From Octopus vulgaris (Eukaryota): a stretch of DNA of 64,000 nucleotides. The stretch spans positions 175,398,001-175,462,000 of the forward strand of contig OX597815.1 in the NCBI GenBank assembly GCA_951406725.2, read 5' to 3'. The notes under the pieces are model-generated. The model searched no databases, was not told the DNA's origin, and saw only the letters and a list, made by a program, of their open reading frames with translations. Position numbers and translations under genes: made by a program. Shown here piece by piece: positions 23,190 through 34,304 of the stretch. Numbering within the stretch: position 1 is the first letter of the stretch; every line of letters begins with the position of its first letter.

Positions 23190-24090
23190 TTTTACGTGAT
23201 ACCAGCACGAGGCTCACTACTACAATTTCCATCTGATTTGATTTTGATACTGCTGTACTTGACTCGGTATTGGCCATGTTTGGATGGTGCTTTTTGTGGT
23301 CCACTCGAATGGAAGCCAGTCAAGGTGACACTGGCATTGGCCACATTCAGATGGTGCATTTTCCGTGCTACTGGCACGGGGCTCACATCTACAATTTCCA
23401 TTTGATTTGATTTTGATATTGCTGATGTTGATGTACTTAACTCAACAGGTCTCCTCAAGCACAGCAGGTTGCCCTACAATCCAAGGTAAGCACAGCAGGC
23501 CATTCTGCAATCCAAGGTACTTTGGATGGGCTGGGGATGCTATGTGAAACTGGTGCAGGAAACAGCCATGAACTCACGTTGTCGGGTCTTCGCAGTCACA
23601 GCATATCTCCAGAGATCTCGGTCTTTCATCATTGCCTCTGTAAGGCCCAACGTCCGAAGGTCATGCTTGACCACCTCATCCCATGTCTTCCTGGGTCTCC
23701 CTCTATCCCGTATTCCTTCAGCTGTTTGGGACTGGTACTTCTTCACACATCTCTCCTCATCCATCCGTAGTACATGACCATACCAGCACAAACGTCTCTC
23801 TTGCACTCCACATCCGATGCTTCTTATGTCCAGCTTTTCTCTCAGGGCACTTACACTCTGTCGTGTGTGCACACTGACATTATACATCCAGCGGATCATG
23901 CTAGCTTCATTTCTTTCAAGCCTACGCATCTCCTCTGCAGTCACAGCCCATGTTTCACTACCATGAAGCATGTCAGTTCACACACATGCATCGTACAATC
24001 TACCTTTCACTCTGAGCGAGAGACCTTTTGTCACCAGTAGGGGTAGAAGGTTTCTAAACTTTACCCAGGCTATTCGTATTCTAGTGGTGA
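23190..24090 (-). mobile_element. RTE-clade LINE 3' fragment
   Basis: MLHGSETWAVTAEEMRRLERNEASMIRWM...RRLCWYGHVLRMDEER...RGRPRKTWDEVVKHDL is a typical RTE ORF C-terminus. Confidence 0.9.
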
Positions 24091-25002
24091 CATATATATA
24101 TATATATATATATACACACATCGCCCGTCTGGTTCCCCGTGCCGGTGGCTTGTAAAAAACACCATCTGAACATGGTTGATGCCAGCAACTGGCTCCCTTG
24201 CTGGTGACACGTAAAAATCACCATCTGAACGTGGCCGATGCCAGTACCACCAGACTGGGTCCCATGCCGGTGGCACGTAAAAAGCACCCACAACACTCTC
24301 GGAGTGGTTGGCGTTAGGAAGTGCATCCAGCTGTAGGTTGGGGCCTACTGCGGCCTCCGGGCTTTCCAGTCACCAGTCCAAACCATCCAACCCATGCCAG
24401 CATAGAAAATGGACGTTAAACGACGACGATGATATATATATATGTATGCATGTATGTATATAATATAAAGGTGTCAGATGTTGCTTACACGTGGTTCTTT
24501 AAGAAAAATATGTAAAATCGCACAGGATAGTTATATAATAAAATTTATGCTATATAATTAAGATCATAATGAAACAAAGAGTTGTATTGCAACATTATAT
24601 AATAAACTGGGAGTACCGGTTTCGCGTCTTACGCTTAGCAAACTTCGAAGGTCTTAAATTTCAGCTGTTTTTGTTGTTGACAATAATTTTCGAAGTCGAA
24701 GGGAGGTAACTCTTCAATTTCTCTGAAAATTACTTCCAAAGTATTGTTAGGGTCTTTGGATTGATATTATAATAATAATGAAATTATTGTATACAGTGCT
24801 CAGGTGCACCACAATATTCTTAATGTGTACACAAGTTTTAGGGGTTATTTACAAATATTTCAAGAGTGGAGAGAAGAATTGATTATTGTTCTGTTCTAGT
24901 GAGGGCTGGTTGTTACTAAAATGAATTAATGTTCAGTTCTGGTTTATATTTTTGGATGAATGATTCTTTATTAAGACGAGTTTGTGTTGAGGTCCAGTCA
25001 GC

Positions 25003-25793
25003 GGATCTTTTCCTTTTGAACGGCAGTTTTCAACACAATTTCTAGTTAACTAAACACTTTTTAACTTCGTATACTGGTAGAATGTGTTTATAAAACATCA
25101 TTTTTTCTTGGCTTTATTGAGAAAATTCTGTAGTTTGTAAGATATTTCCACTTTGAAATCGAGCATTTCGGCAATTTTAACCAATCGCTGACCTCCATTT
25201 AGGTAAACAACATTCCGTGCTGTATGAATATGTCCCTCCTTTAAGAAACAGATTGGGTTTATTTACATTTGCGAAGAAAAAAAAGATACCCTTCTCCCAC
25301 CACTAACCCTAAACCTAACTCTAAAACAGATTGAAATGCAATAGATCGATACTAGGGTTATAATTATGGGTGACATTTTCATTTGACACCGCTAGAACAA
25401 AATCCCATTTTCCGTATCGGTGTCGTATGAAATTGTCATCCATAATTATAACCCTAGTATCGATCTATTGCATTTCAATCTGTTTTAGGGTTAGGAGTGG
25501 GGGAAGGGTATCTTCTTTTCTTCGCAAATGTAAATAAACCCAATCTGTTTCCTAAAGGAGGGACATATTCATACAGCACGGAACGTTGTTTACCTAAATA
25601 GAGATCAGCGATTGGTTAAAATTGCCGAAATGCTCGATTTTAAAGTGGAAATATCTTACAAACTATAGAATTTTCTCAATAAAGCCAAGAAAAAACGATG
25701 TTTTATAAACACATTCTACCAGTATACGAAGTTAAAAAGTGTTTAGTTAACTAGAAATTGTGTTGAAAACTGCCGTTCAAAAGGAAAAGATCC
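25003..25793. mobile_element. Foldback/Mutator-like MITE with ~390-bp inverted arms
   Basis: ggatcttttccttttgaacggcag...atttgacaccg is mirrored by cggtgtcgtatgaaa...ctgccgttcaaaaggaaaagatcc, with a ~27-nt loop and a degenerate 8-bp TSD cagtcagc/cagtcgga. Related termini at about 2595-2696 and 60029-60240. Confidence 0.88.
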
Positions 25794-26269
25794 CAGTCGG
25801 ATAGCAAATTTGTACGGAGGGAATACACACACACACACACATATATGTAATTAAAAAAGTTATAACGGGGAATTTTGCCTTCATTGCCTGCTTGTTGCTT
25901 CCGTAGAACTCTACGGATGCACAAAACGGAGAAAATGTAACAAATATGGAAAAACGACTTGTTCAGAAACACCTGCGAGTGGGGAACAGTTCTCAAAGAA
26001 TAGCCCCCAATTGTTTTACCCCAAAATTCCTATGTGTTCGGAATCTACATAGTCCGATGTATATTTTGTAGAGAATTTAATTAAAAAATATTCATTCCGG
26101 TGAAGTTACTGAAATTCCCCGCCCCACTCATCCTAACCAAAAAAAAAAATTGTTTATTCTGAGTCTACATGATATAACACATATTCATAGAAAATTTCAT
26201 TAAAAAATATCCATTTTTCTGAAAGTTATGATCAGCCAAAATCGGGGGCAGAAATCTGTAGCGATTGAC

Positions 26270-26535
26270 TTCAGGAAACATTTTTTCACGCTGAGAGTTG
26301 CTGAAGCATGGAACAAACTGCCGGCATCAGTTGTTAGTTGTCGGAGCACTGCATCCTTCAAAACTTCCATGCTTTCTGAGATTCGCCTGATTTTCTCCCC
26401 TCCTTACACACAAGCATGTATCTGACTCATACATTGTTCGCTTTCCAGACATTTTTACATTACTGCATGTACTTTATATGCACTTTCTGACAAGTTGTGG
26501 TGCACATGAGCACTGTATACAATAATTTCATAATT

Positions 26536-26552
<17 letters not shown>
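26270..26552 (+). mobile_element. CR1/L2-clade LINE 3' end
   Basis: RKHFFTLRVAEAWNKLPASVVSCRSTASFK followed by a 3'UTR and (ATT)n tail. A short inverted copy of the tail lies at about 24765-24813. Confidence 0.8.
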
Positions 26553-26588
<36 letters not shown>

Positions 26589-26789
26589 TTACCTTCAGTG
26601 TTTACCCTTTTACAAAATCAAACTAGAAAACTGGACAAAACAGAGAAAGACAATTGAAAATTGAAGGAATACACAAACGAAATTTAACCTTACACTTTGT
26701 TAAAAAAAAAAAAGAAAAAGATAATAATCCAACAAAATATTAATTTAAAAATCGTTGTAATGTAATGGAACGAGAGAATAGAAACTCAC

Positions 26790-26870
26790 ATTAGAACTAA
26801 AATTATCAAAATTTCGGCGAAGTGAAAAGGCGAATTTAAACAGCAAAGAACAGCCAAAAATATCTTGGCT
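26790..26870 (-). other. Putative non-coding first exon of the methyltransferase gene
   Basis: GTGAGT donor at 26789-26784 next to a CpG-containing promoter-like segment with CGGGAAG. It would splice to the strong acceptor at 22809. Confidence 0.45.
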
Positions 26871-28039
26871 TCCCGTTTACCCGAAACGAATAAGTTAATG
26901 TTTCGGTGACGGAAGGGCAGCTTAACAATTATTTCCTTTCTCAAAGTATTTTATTAACTTGCCATACTAGTTTGACCTATTAACCCGTTTGGTGGTCCTT
27001 CGTTTATTTATTTTTAAGATTAAGGTTATTCATGAGTGACTCGTACGTTGTTTTCTAACCAATACTCGAGAAATTATGGAAATCTGATCGTATGGTCTCA
27101 CTCAACATTTTATTAAATTCAAACTCAATCGTTTAAACAGTATTTTAAATAAAACAGGAGCGCTCTCTCTTAGTTTATATTTTTTTTCACAAGGCATGTG
27201 ATAAAAAGCCATTTCTTCTAAGAGTTACTTGTTGAGAAGGTTGACAAGTATTGCATTCCTTAACTAATTCTTCAAACTACTCTAGACATAATTTAGATAA
27301 ATGACTTAAGGTCATGATGGAGAAAAATAGATAATGCGATCTCTGTTTCATGAGTGCGACAATAATCCAACACTAGAAGACATGTAGAATATCGAGTGAC
27401 AAAGCTTCTTGCGGCAGCCTAAAAGTCACTGGAAAATAAGAGAAAACCTGCGTTTTTATAAGCTACTTTAGATCTAAATTTCAGAATAATTTTTTTGTCA
27501 AAAACTAGGACGGCTTCGGCTAATAATTTATTAAACCAATAAAAAGAATCTTTTCAAATTGACTTCGTGTAAACTTGTATTTTAGCCCTAATAGAAAACT
27601 TTCATGAAACAACTTCAGTTGATTCCAATATATATCTGCTACACTAGCATTGTTAATTAACACATAAAGCGCGGCGGGCCACGATCGTGGTCTCCAGATA
27701 AATACATTTAATTTATGGCCGTTTGTTAGGGTCTAATGTCACCCAAACTCTCCCATACCCCCCTTCCCCGAATGCAAGCGGACTAATAGTTCAACTAATG
27801 ACTTTTTCAAATGATATAAGACTTGCCACCATTTTATACTAAGAAGATATTTGAACTATTTCTTGGTTTTTTATGTGTGCATAGTAGTCTCATTTTCATA
27901 AAATGTACTCAATCGTCCATGCTATGTATATGTCAATCCCAGCGCTTGATGCGTCAAACACAAATGCTATTATTTCTTTGGAGATTATGTCTGACCCACA
28001 GCAAATGCTAAACAGGAAAAAAATTTTTTTTCTTTAATT

Positions 28040-28400
28040 CAGAATTGGAACAACTGAGGATCTGCAAAAAACCCCAATGCATGCTTTGTCTTTTCAAATG
28101 CAAATTTGAAGCCATCTAAACTGCAGGAACACTTCAACAACTGGCATGGTGGAACGTTTGGTGCAGGCCATGATGTGGAATCATTGAAAGCTAAAAGGGC
28201 TGGCTTTGATTCTCGAGCAACTCTTCTAAAATTAGGTTTCATATCTGCTGATGGCTTCATACCACGTGGCATACAAAGTAGCCAAATCCAAGAATACAAT
28301 TGCAGAAGAGGTGATAAAACCATGCGCATTAGAAATGGCATCAATTGTTCTAGGAAAAGAAGCCTCAAACAAACTTAAGTTAGTGCTGTTATCAAATAGC
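28040..28400 (+). mobile_element. Buster/Charlie (ZBED5/8-like) hAT transposase fragment
   Basis: KPSKLQEHF and ASYHVAYKVAKSKNTIAEEVIKPCALEMASIVLG...LSNS motifs, frameshifted. Confidence 0.8.
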
Positions 28401-29060
28401 CATGAAAGGTTTCTCTCTCCGAGTAAAAGGAAGATTGTATGATACGTGTATACGGACAGTAATATGACATAGTAGTGAGATGGTGGCCCTGAATGCAGAG
28501 GACATGTGAAGATTGGAAAGAAATGAGACTAGTTTGCTCTGCTGGATGTGTAATGTTCAACAGAACGATAGTATTTTGAGAAAGAAGTTAGGCATAAGAG
28601 GAATTAGTTGCTAGCTCCATAAAGAAATGCCGATCTCTCAAAGTGGGTGGAACACGTGGAAGCGGGAGACCCAGGAAGACACGGGATGAAGTATTGAAGA
28701 ATGACCTTAGGACGCTGAACCTTTCAGGTGAGACGACTAAGGACCAAGATGCCTGGTGCCTTGCTGTACTCAAGAAGACCTGTACTCCGCGGCAGAAGTG
28801 TTAACACTAATTCCTCTGGTGGTGAAAATACTCGTGACGGTGTCACGGGAAATCACCCATGCTGTGCCACGTAAAAGCGCCCGTGTAGTGCCATGTAAAA
28901 GCAACCAGCACTCTGTAAAGTGGTTGGCATTAGGAAGGGCATCCAGCTGTAGAAATCATACCGTATGGGATTGGAGTCTGGTGCAGCTCCCCGGCTAGTC
29001 AGCTCTGATGAAACCGTCCAACCCATGCTAGCATGGACAACAGACGTTAGATGATGATAA
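28400..29060 (+). mobile_element. RTE LINE 3' fragment
   Basis: Degenerate SLRVKGRLYD...GRPRKT coding relic followed by the family 3' tail. Confidence 0.75.
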
Positions 29061-29546
29061 AGTATGTGTGTTTGTGTGTGCATAGGTCTATGTGTAAGCT
29101 GAAAAAAAATATTAAAAAAAATTTCTTTCACGGATATTGCCGAACAAATAGATAAAACAACGATTTTTAAAATCCTTTTCACTTTTGTGAAATCATCTCC
29201 GAAGGAATGCCAGTATGTTTACAGTATTCAATACATTATAGTTTTACTTATTAATCGACTACACCAGGCGTACCTACATAAATGTGCTCCTCAAAACTTT
29301 CAGAAAAATGGTTATTTTTAAATGAAATTCTCTACAAATACCTTTCAGATTGCGTGAATTAAGATTATATGGGGATTTAATGTGAAAAAAAATATAGTGT
29401 TGGTCACGCATACACACACATGCTGACACATCACAATTTCTCTCAAAATTTCAAGTTTTCTTTTGTAGATACTTTGTGAAATATAATCATAATCAACACC
29501 GGCAATCTTTCGTCTCTAGTAGACCTTTCCGTCGATTTCCGTAAAA

Positions 29547-29853
29547 ACTTTTTTTTTTTACATATGGGCTTGCGGGAACTTTTGAAGTAATGAGAGCGAA
29601 AGAGACTAAGAGAAAGCGATTTTATGACGAGGGAAGTTCTTTTGAAGTTACCGTGCATGGGAGCATTGATGTACATGTGTGTGTGTGTGCGTGTTTGATA
29701 GGGTGTGGGAGACAGACAGTATGTTGTGTAAGTGAAGTGCTTCTGTTAGTGTGTGTGAAAGAAAGAGATAACTGAATTTTTTTACTCGGTGTATGTGTAT
29801 ATGTATGTATATTACTTCAAAAGTTCCCGCAAGCCCATATATAAAAAAAAAAT
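29547..29853. repeat. Inverted repeat/MITE just upstream of the La promoter
   Basis: atatgggcttgcgggaactttttgaagtaat and attacttcaaaagttcccgcaagcccatat. Confidence 0.8.
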
Positions 29854-30140
29854 ATTTTTTTACAGAAAATTTCAATAAAAAGGATTCATTTTCCTGAAAG
29901 TCGACGATGGGGCGCATTTGTGTAGTTATGCCCTATAATCTTCCCCCATATGTTGAAGACCAGAAAGAAATTCTGCTCCAATATGGATCCTCTCAAAATT
30001 CAATGGGAATATGAGATTGCTGTTTTTAATTTTTATTTTTAGAGACAATATCATGGGCTCAGGCACCGATCCATTCCACTTGAAGCACTTGAAGTTCCTC
30101 CGAATTGTTTATTTATTTTTTTGTGAGCTTCCTGAATTCT

Positions 30141-30295
30141 CCGGAAGTCAATGTGTTTACGCATGCGCAGCAGCCCTTCCCTCACGGCAACGTGCTTCAC
30201 AACTTTTCCTGGTTTTTAGTAAATTTCTGTGGAATTTCATTTCATCTCTTTTAATATTGTCACATTGTAGAAAGAATTCATTGATTTTATTAAAG
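30141..30295 (+). promoter_or_regulatory. Putative La promoter and non-coding exon 1
   Basis: ETS-like CCGGAAGT (30141-30148), NRF1-like TACGCATGCGCA (30158-30169), pyrimidine tract cttttcct near 30203, and a strong donor AAG|GTGAGT at 30296. Confidence 0.55.
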
Positions 30296-32509
30296 GTGAG
30301 TATTTTCTTTTGTCAGAATATTCGAGAAATGTTATTTTATCGCAGAAATAAGTTTTTTTTTTGCTTTATTTAAACGAACATGTGCTGCTGTTTGCCCAGA
30401 TTGAAGAAGTTCTATTTCTCATTTAGAATTCTTTTAATTAATCGAATTCCTTTTGAATCAAGCCAGAAAATCAATCTTAATTGAACGAAAACAATTATGT
30501 GGATGTAAATTTATTAAAAAATTAATATACACATTGGAAAGTCACTGCCCAAATTTTTATTTTATGCTTAATTAGAAGCACATGACCAACCAGTCGAGAA
30601 GATGGAATGTCTCAGGATATTGTGAATATTAGGATAAAGTTGACAAATTTTCAAGAACTGCCGTTATTCGTTACGAGTAGATTACGGTAAATTATAGGTT
30701 CCTATCTCGTCTTCAGATCCTGAAGGGATTTTACTTAGGTTTTCGTTTAAAATAGAAGATAAAAAATGCTGGGAAGTAACAGGAAGGATCGTTGGTCCTT
30801 TAAGTGAAACAGGACATTCTCTCCAGTCTCTGAAGAAATTCATCTATTGAGAATATATATTTAGGTATTTCGGTGAAAATGTGTGGATATAAACAGAGAC
30901 ATTGTCCATCTGGGTTTGTAAATCGACTTCGATATCTCTTCAATATTCGCCTAGCATTTGATGAGGAATAAGGTTTGGCAACGGACCTCATCCCTACATA
31001 AATTGCGAAAGGAGCAAAATTTAGGATTTAAAAAAAAAATCTTGTGATTACTTATAAACGTTTAATCTACTTTAAGGAGAAGGTAAAGAATACGTACACG
31101 GCCCATAACAAAATCCCTAAACCCGGTTAATACTTTTCGCGCATTTTTGTTTTCATGTTCGTTTCCTACACATTTTTTAAAACCCCTGTTGCACTTTTTT
31201 TTTCTTCATTTCCGGATAATACTGTAAACATTGACCTGTTGTACATATTCTTTACTTTTGCCCTACTTTGTGTGCCAGAACCGACTGAAGCATTTGAACT
31301 CCGCTCATTCCAACCCGTTATTCCGATTTCAGCCACCACCACGACACGAACCAACGAAGCACTCTGCGTTGTCGTTTTATCTGCTAGAAATAGAAGCTAA
31401 ATTTCCCTCAAATCACATTCACCGTTGTAAAAAAAAAAAGAAAAAAAAGGGGGGTTAATGTAACTAATTGTAAATCGGTGTTTCGATCTTACCCACATAT
31501 CATTTTGCTTTTTTTTCCGTAGGCTTTTATGACATGACGAAATATTGAATTCATGTGGCGTAATGCGTTTGTTTATGATCTAGCCTAACTGGAAATCATT
31601 ATTTCGCAAGTACTGTATAATATCGATGTATGTTAAAAATAAAACAGAGAAAAGGTTTACCTACACAAATGGGTACCATTTAAGAAGAGGGGTCCTGGTG
31701 CGTGCACTCGCGCATCCGCGCTAGCTAGTCGTGACTAGTCTATCTTTTGTGTTTTATTTATTTTGTTTAAAAAAATGTGACTTCTCTTGGCTTTGTTTCT
31801 TAACAACTTCCAGAAACCTGGATAGGTAGGTGGGGCAAAATTAGTAAGTCCCACTTTTGATTTCTCTTTATTTTCTTCCTGCCTTTTTGAAATCATTGTA
31901 TTGCATCATCTTAGAAGTGAAAATTGGTGAGCATAGTTGGTGTGGAAGAGTCCAAAACATAGTCAGGTGACACTATTTTTTTTAAAGAAATTTCTCCTCA
32001 AATTTGACCTGATTGTAATTAAGGCTGCTAATAAAATACCTGGACAATTTTTGGTGTTTAACAATATTCTTTTCTCTGTTGGATTCCAAGTCAGTTTTTT
32101 CCCACACTAGTGTCTAATTTGATAATTTTCAAATTTCTAAAAATAAGGTAAAATGAATAACGACTAATTTCTTCTTATTAACTGCATAATGTGTTAATAT
32201 ATCACGGAAAGGGAACTCCAGCAGATCATGAAGAAGCTATAGACAATACTTTTTGTTGAGTTTTTCTTATTTAGTCGAGTTTTGTTAATTTCATATCAAG
32301 TGCCATTTCCCCCTGATCCCCTGCCATTTGACTTAGGTATATATATATTTTTTTGCACTTCTGATCTTTCTGATGTCTAAGGATAGATATTGATGTGTAT
32401 GAGTCTGTTTTCTGAAGAAATGAAGCGGCGAATTTACCCTATCTTGGTTTACTCATTTTACCTCTGCTAAATTTGTCTTTTATTTGCGCAAAGAGACTGC
32501 AATGATTTT

Positions 32510-33385
32510 CTGAAATACCTGGCTTTCGTTGACATGGACAAGCCTTTGACAGGGTCCCTGATCCCTTATCTGGTGGTCAATGAGGAAACTAGCGATAAAA
32601 GAATGGTTAGTGTGAGCCATGTACAGGGACACTGTCAGTAAGGTGAGGGTTGGCAACGAGTACAATGAAGAATTCTGGGAAAAGGTAGGGGTCCACCAAG
32701 GTTCTGTCCTCAGTCCCCTCCTATTTATCATAGTCCTCCAGGCAATAACAGGAATTCAAGACAGGATGCCCCTGGGAGATCCTCTATGCTGATGACCTTG
32801 CTCTAATTGCTGAGTCACTATCAGAACTAGAGAAGTTCTAGGTGTGGAAGCAAGGATTAGAATCGAAGGGCCAACCTAGCTAAAACCAAAGTCCTAATAA
32901 GTAGGAAGACAAACAAACCACAAATCTCTTCAGGTAGATGGCCCTGCTCGATCTGTAGAAAAGGTGTAGGTAGAAACTCTATAAGATGTACCCAGTGTAA
33001 GCTATAGATACATAAGAGGTGCAGCAATATCAAAGGAAGGCTAACTGGTAAGATAGTTTTTGTATGTGGCAGATGCTCAGGAACAATAAACACTGAAAAT
33101 GTGCAGAGAACAACTTCTGCCACATTCCAGGGAGAAAAACTAGAAGTAGTTAATAGCTTCTGTTACCTAGGTGACCAAGTCAGTAGCAGGGGTGGATGCT
33201 CTGAAAGTGTAGCTGCTAGAATAAGAATAGCTTGGGCAAAGTTGAGAGAGCTCTTACCTCTGCTGGTGACAAAGGGCTTCTCGCTCAGAGTAAAAGGTAG
33301 ACTGTATGATGCATGTGTACGAACAGCCATGCTGCATGGCATTGAAATATGGGCCGTGACTGCTGAGGATATGTGTAAGCTTACA
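32510..33385 (+). mobile_element. RTE LINE reverse-transcriptase relic in La intron 1
   Basis: Degenerate AFVDMDK..., GVHQGSVLSPLLFII, LYADDL and FCYLGDQVS...RLYDACVRTAMLHG. Confidence 0.9.
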
Positions 33386-34304
33386 CATCTGCCACATGTA
33401 AAGACTACTTTTCTCTTCCAGTGATAACACTGTACTTCTTATGTGTCCATTGCTTGCACTGGGTACACTGTATGGGGGTTCTCCCAACACCTACATAGCA
33501 AACAGGACCATCTCCATGAAGGGATCTGTAATACACACACAGACACATGCATATATTGGTTGTGCACAGATCCACTTATATGATAACAAAATACTTAAAA
33601 TGATAAGAGCATTTGGACTTGCAAGGAGCACAGCTTATTGCAATGTGAATAGCTGGCTCATTTAGAATACACTCTTCCACTTATTCCAGACAAATGACAT
33701 CATCAGGCTGAAATACTATGCTGGGATGTGCAGGGGAACAATATCACACCCCGACAAAGTCCATCTTGTCTACCTTTGCTGTGGTCACCAAGGCAAGGAA
33801 TACAAGAAACAGATTAGATGGAAGTTGAGATTGCTAGATGTTCAGACTGAAACACTGCATTCGGTACAGTTAACCCCAGTATGTCTGGCTAGGCAGAGAC
33901 ATGGTGTATCCTGAACAATAGATCTGTTGTAGGTATTTTGTCATTCAACTGAATATCAATCCTAGGTTTGTCCAGTTAAATCTGATCTGCAAAGGTCACC
34001 AGACAAAACAAGATTCACCAATTTCTTGGAGTTTGGGTTTGTCGGATGAACAAGTAATGGTAGCAATGTGTCAAATAAATCTGCTCCTTATAAAGGAGTT
34101 TTGATAAATGCTGAATAAGTTAATGGTTGAGAAGCAGATTTTAGCATTGGAATTGGGCACAACCAGTTCTGTTGAAACTAATCTAACATATTGCTTAGAG
34201 CAGAATGATATTTTTTTCTCTTTTTATCAATTCAACAGTCATCTATGAATGCTAAAGAGTTTTCTCTTCTTTATTTTTTTTGTTGTTTCATTTTAGTGGT
34301 TGTA

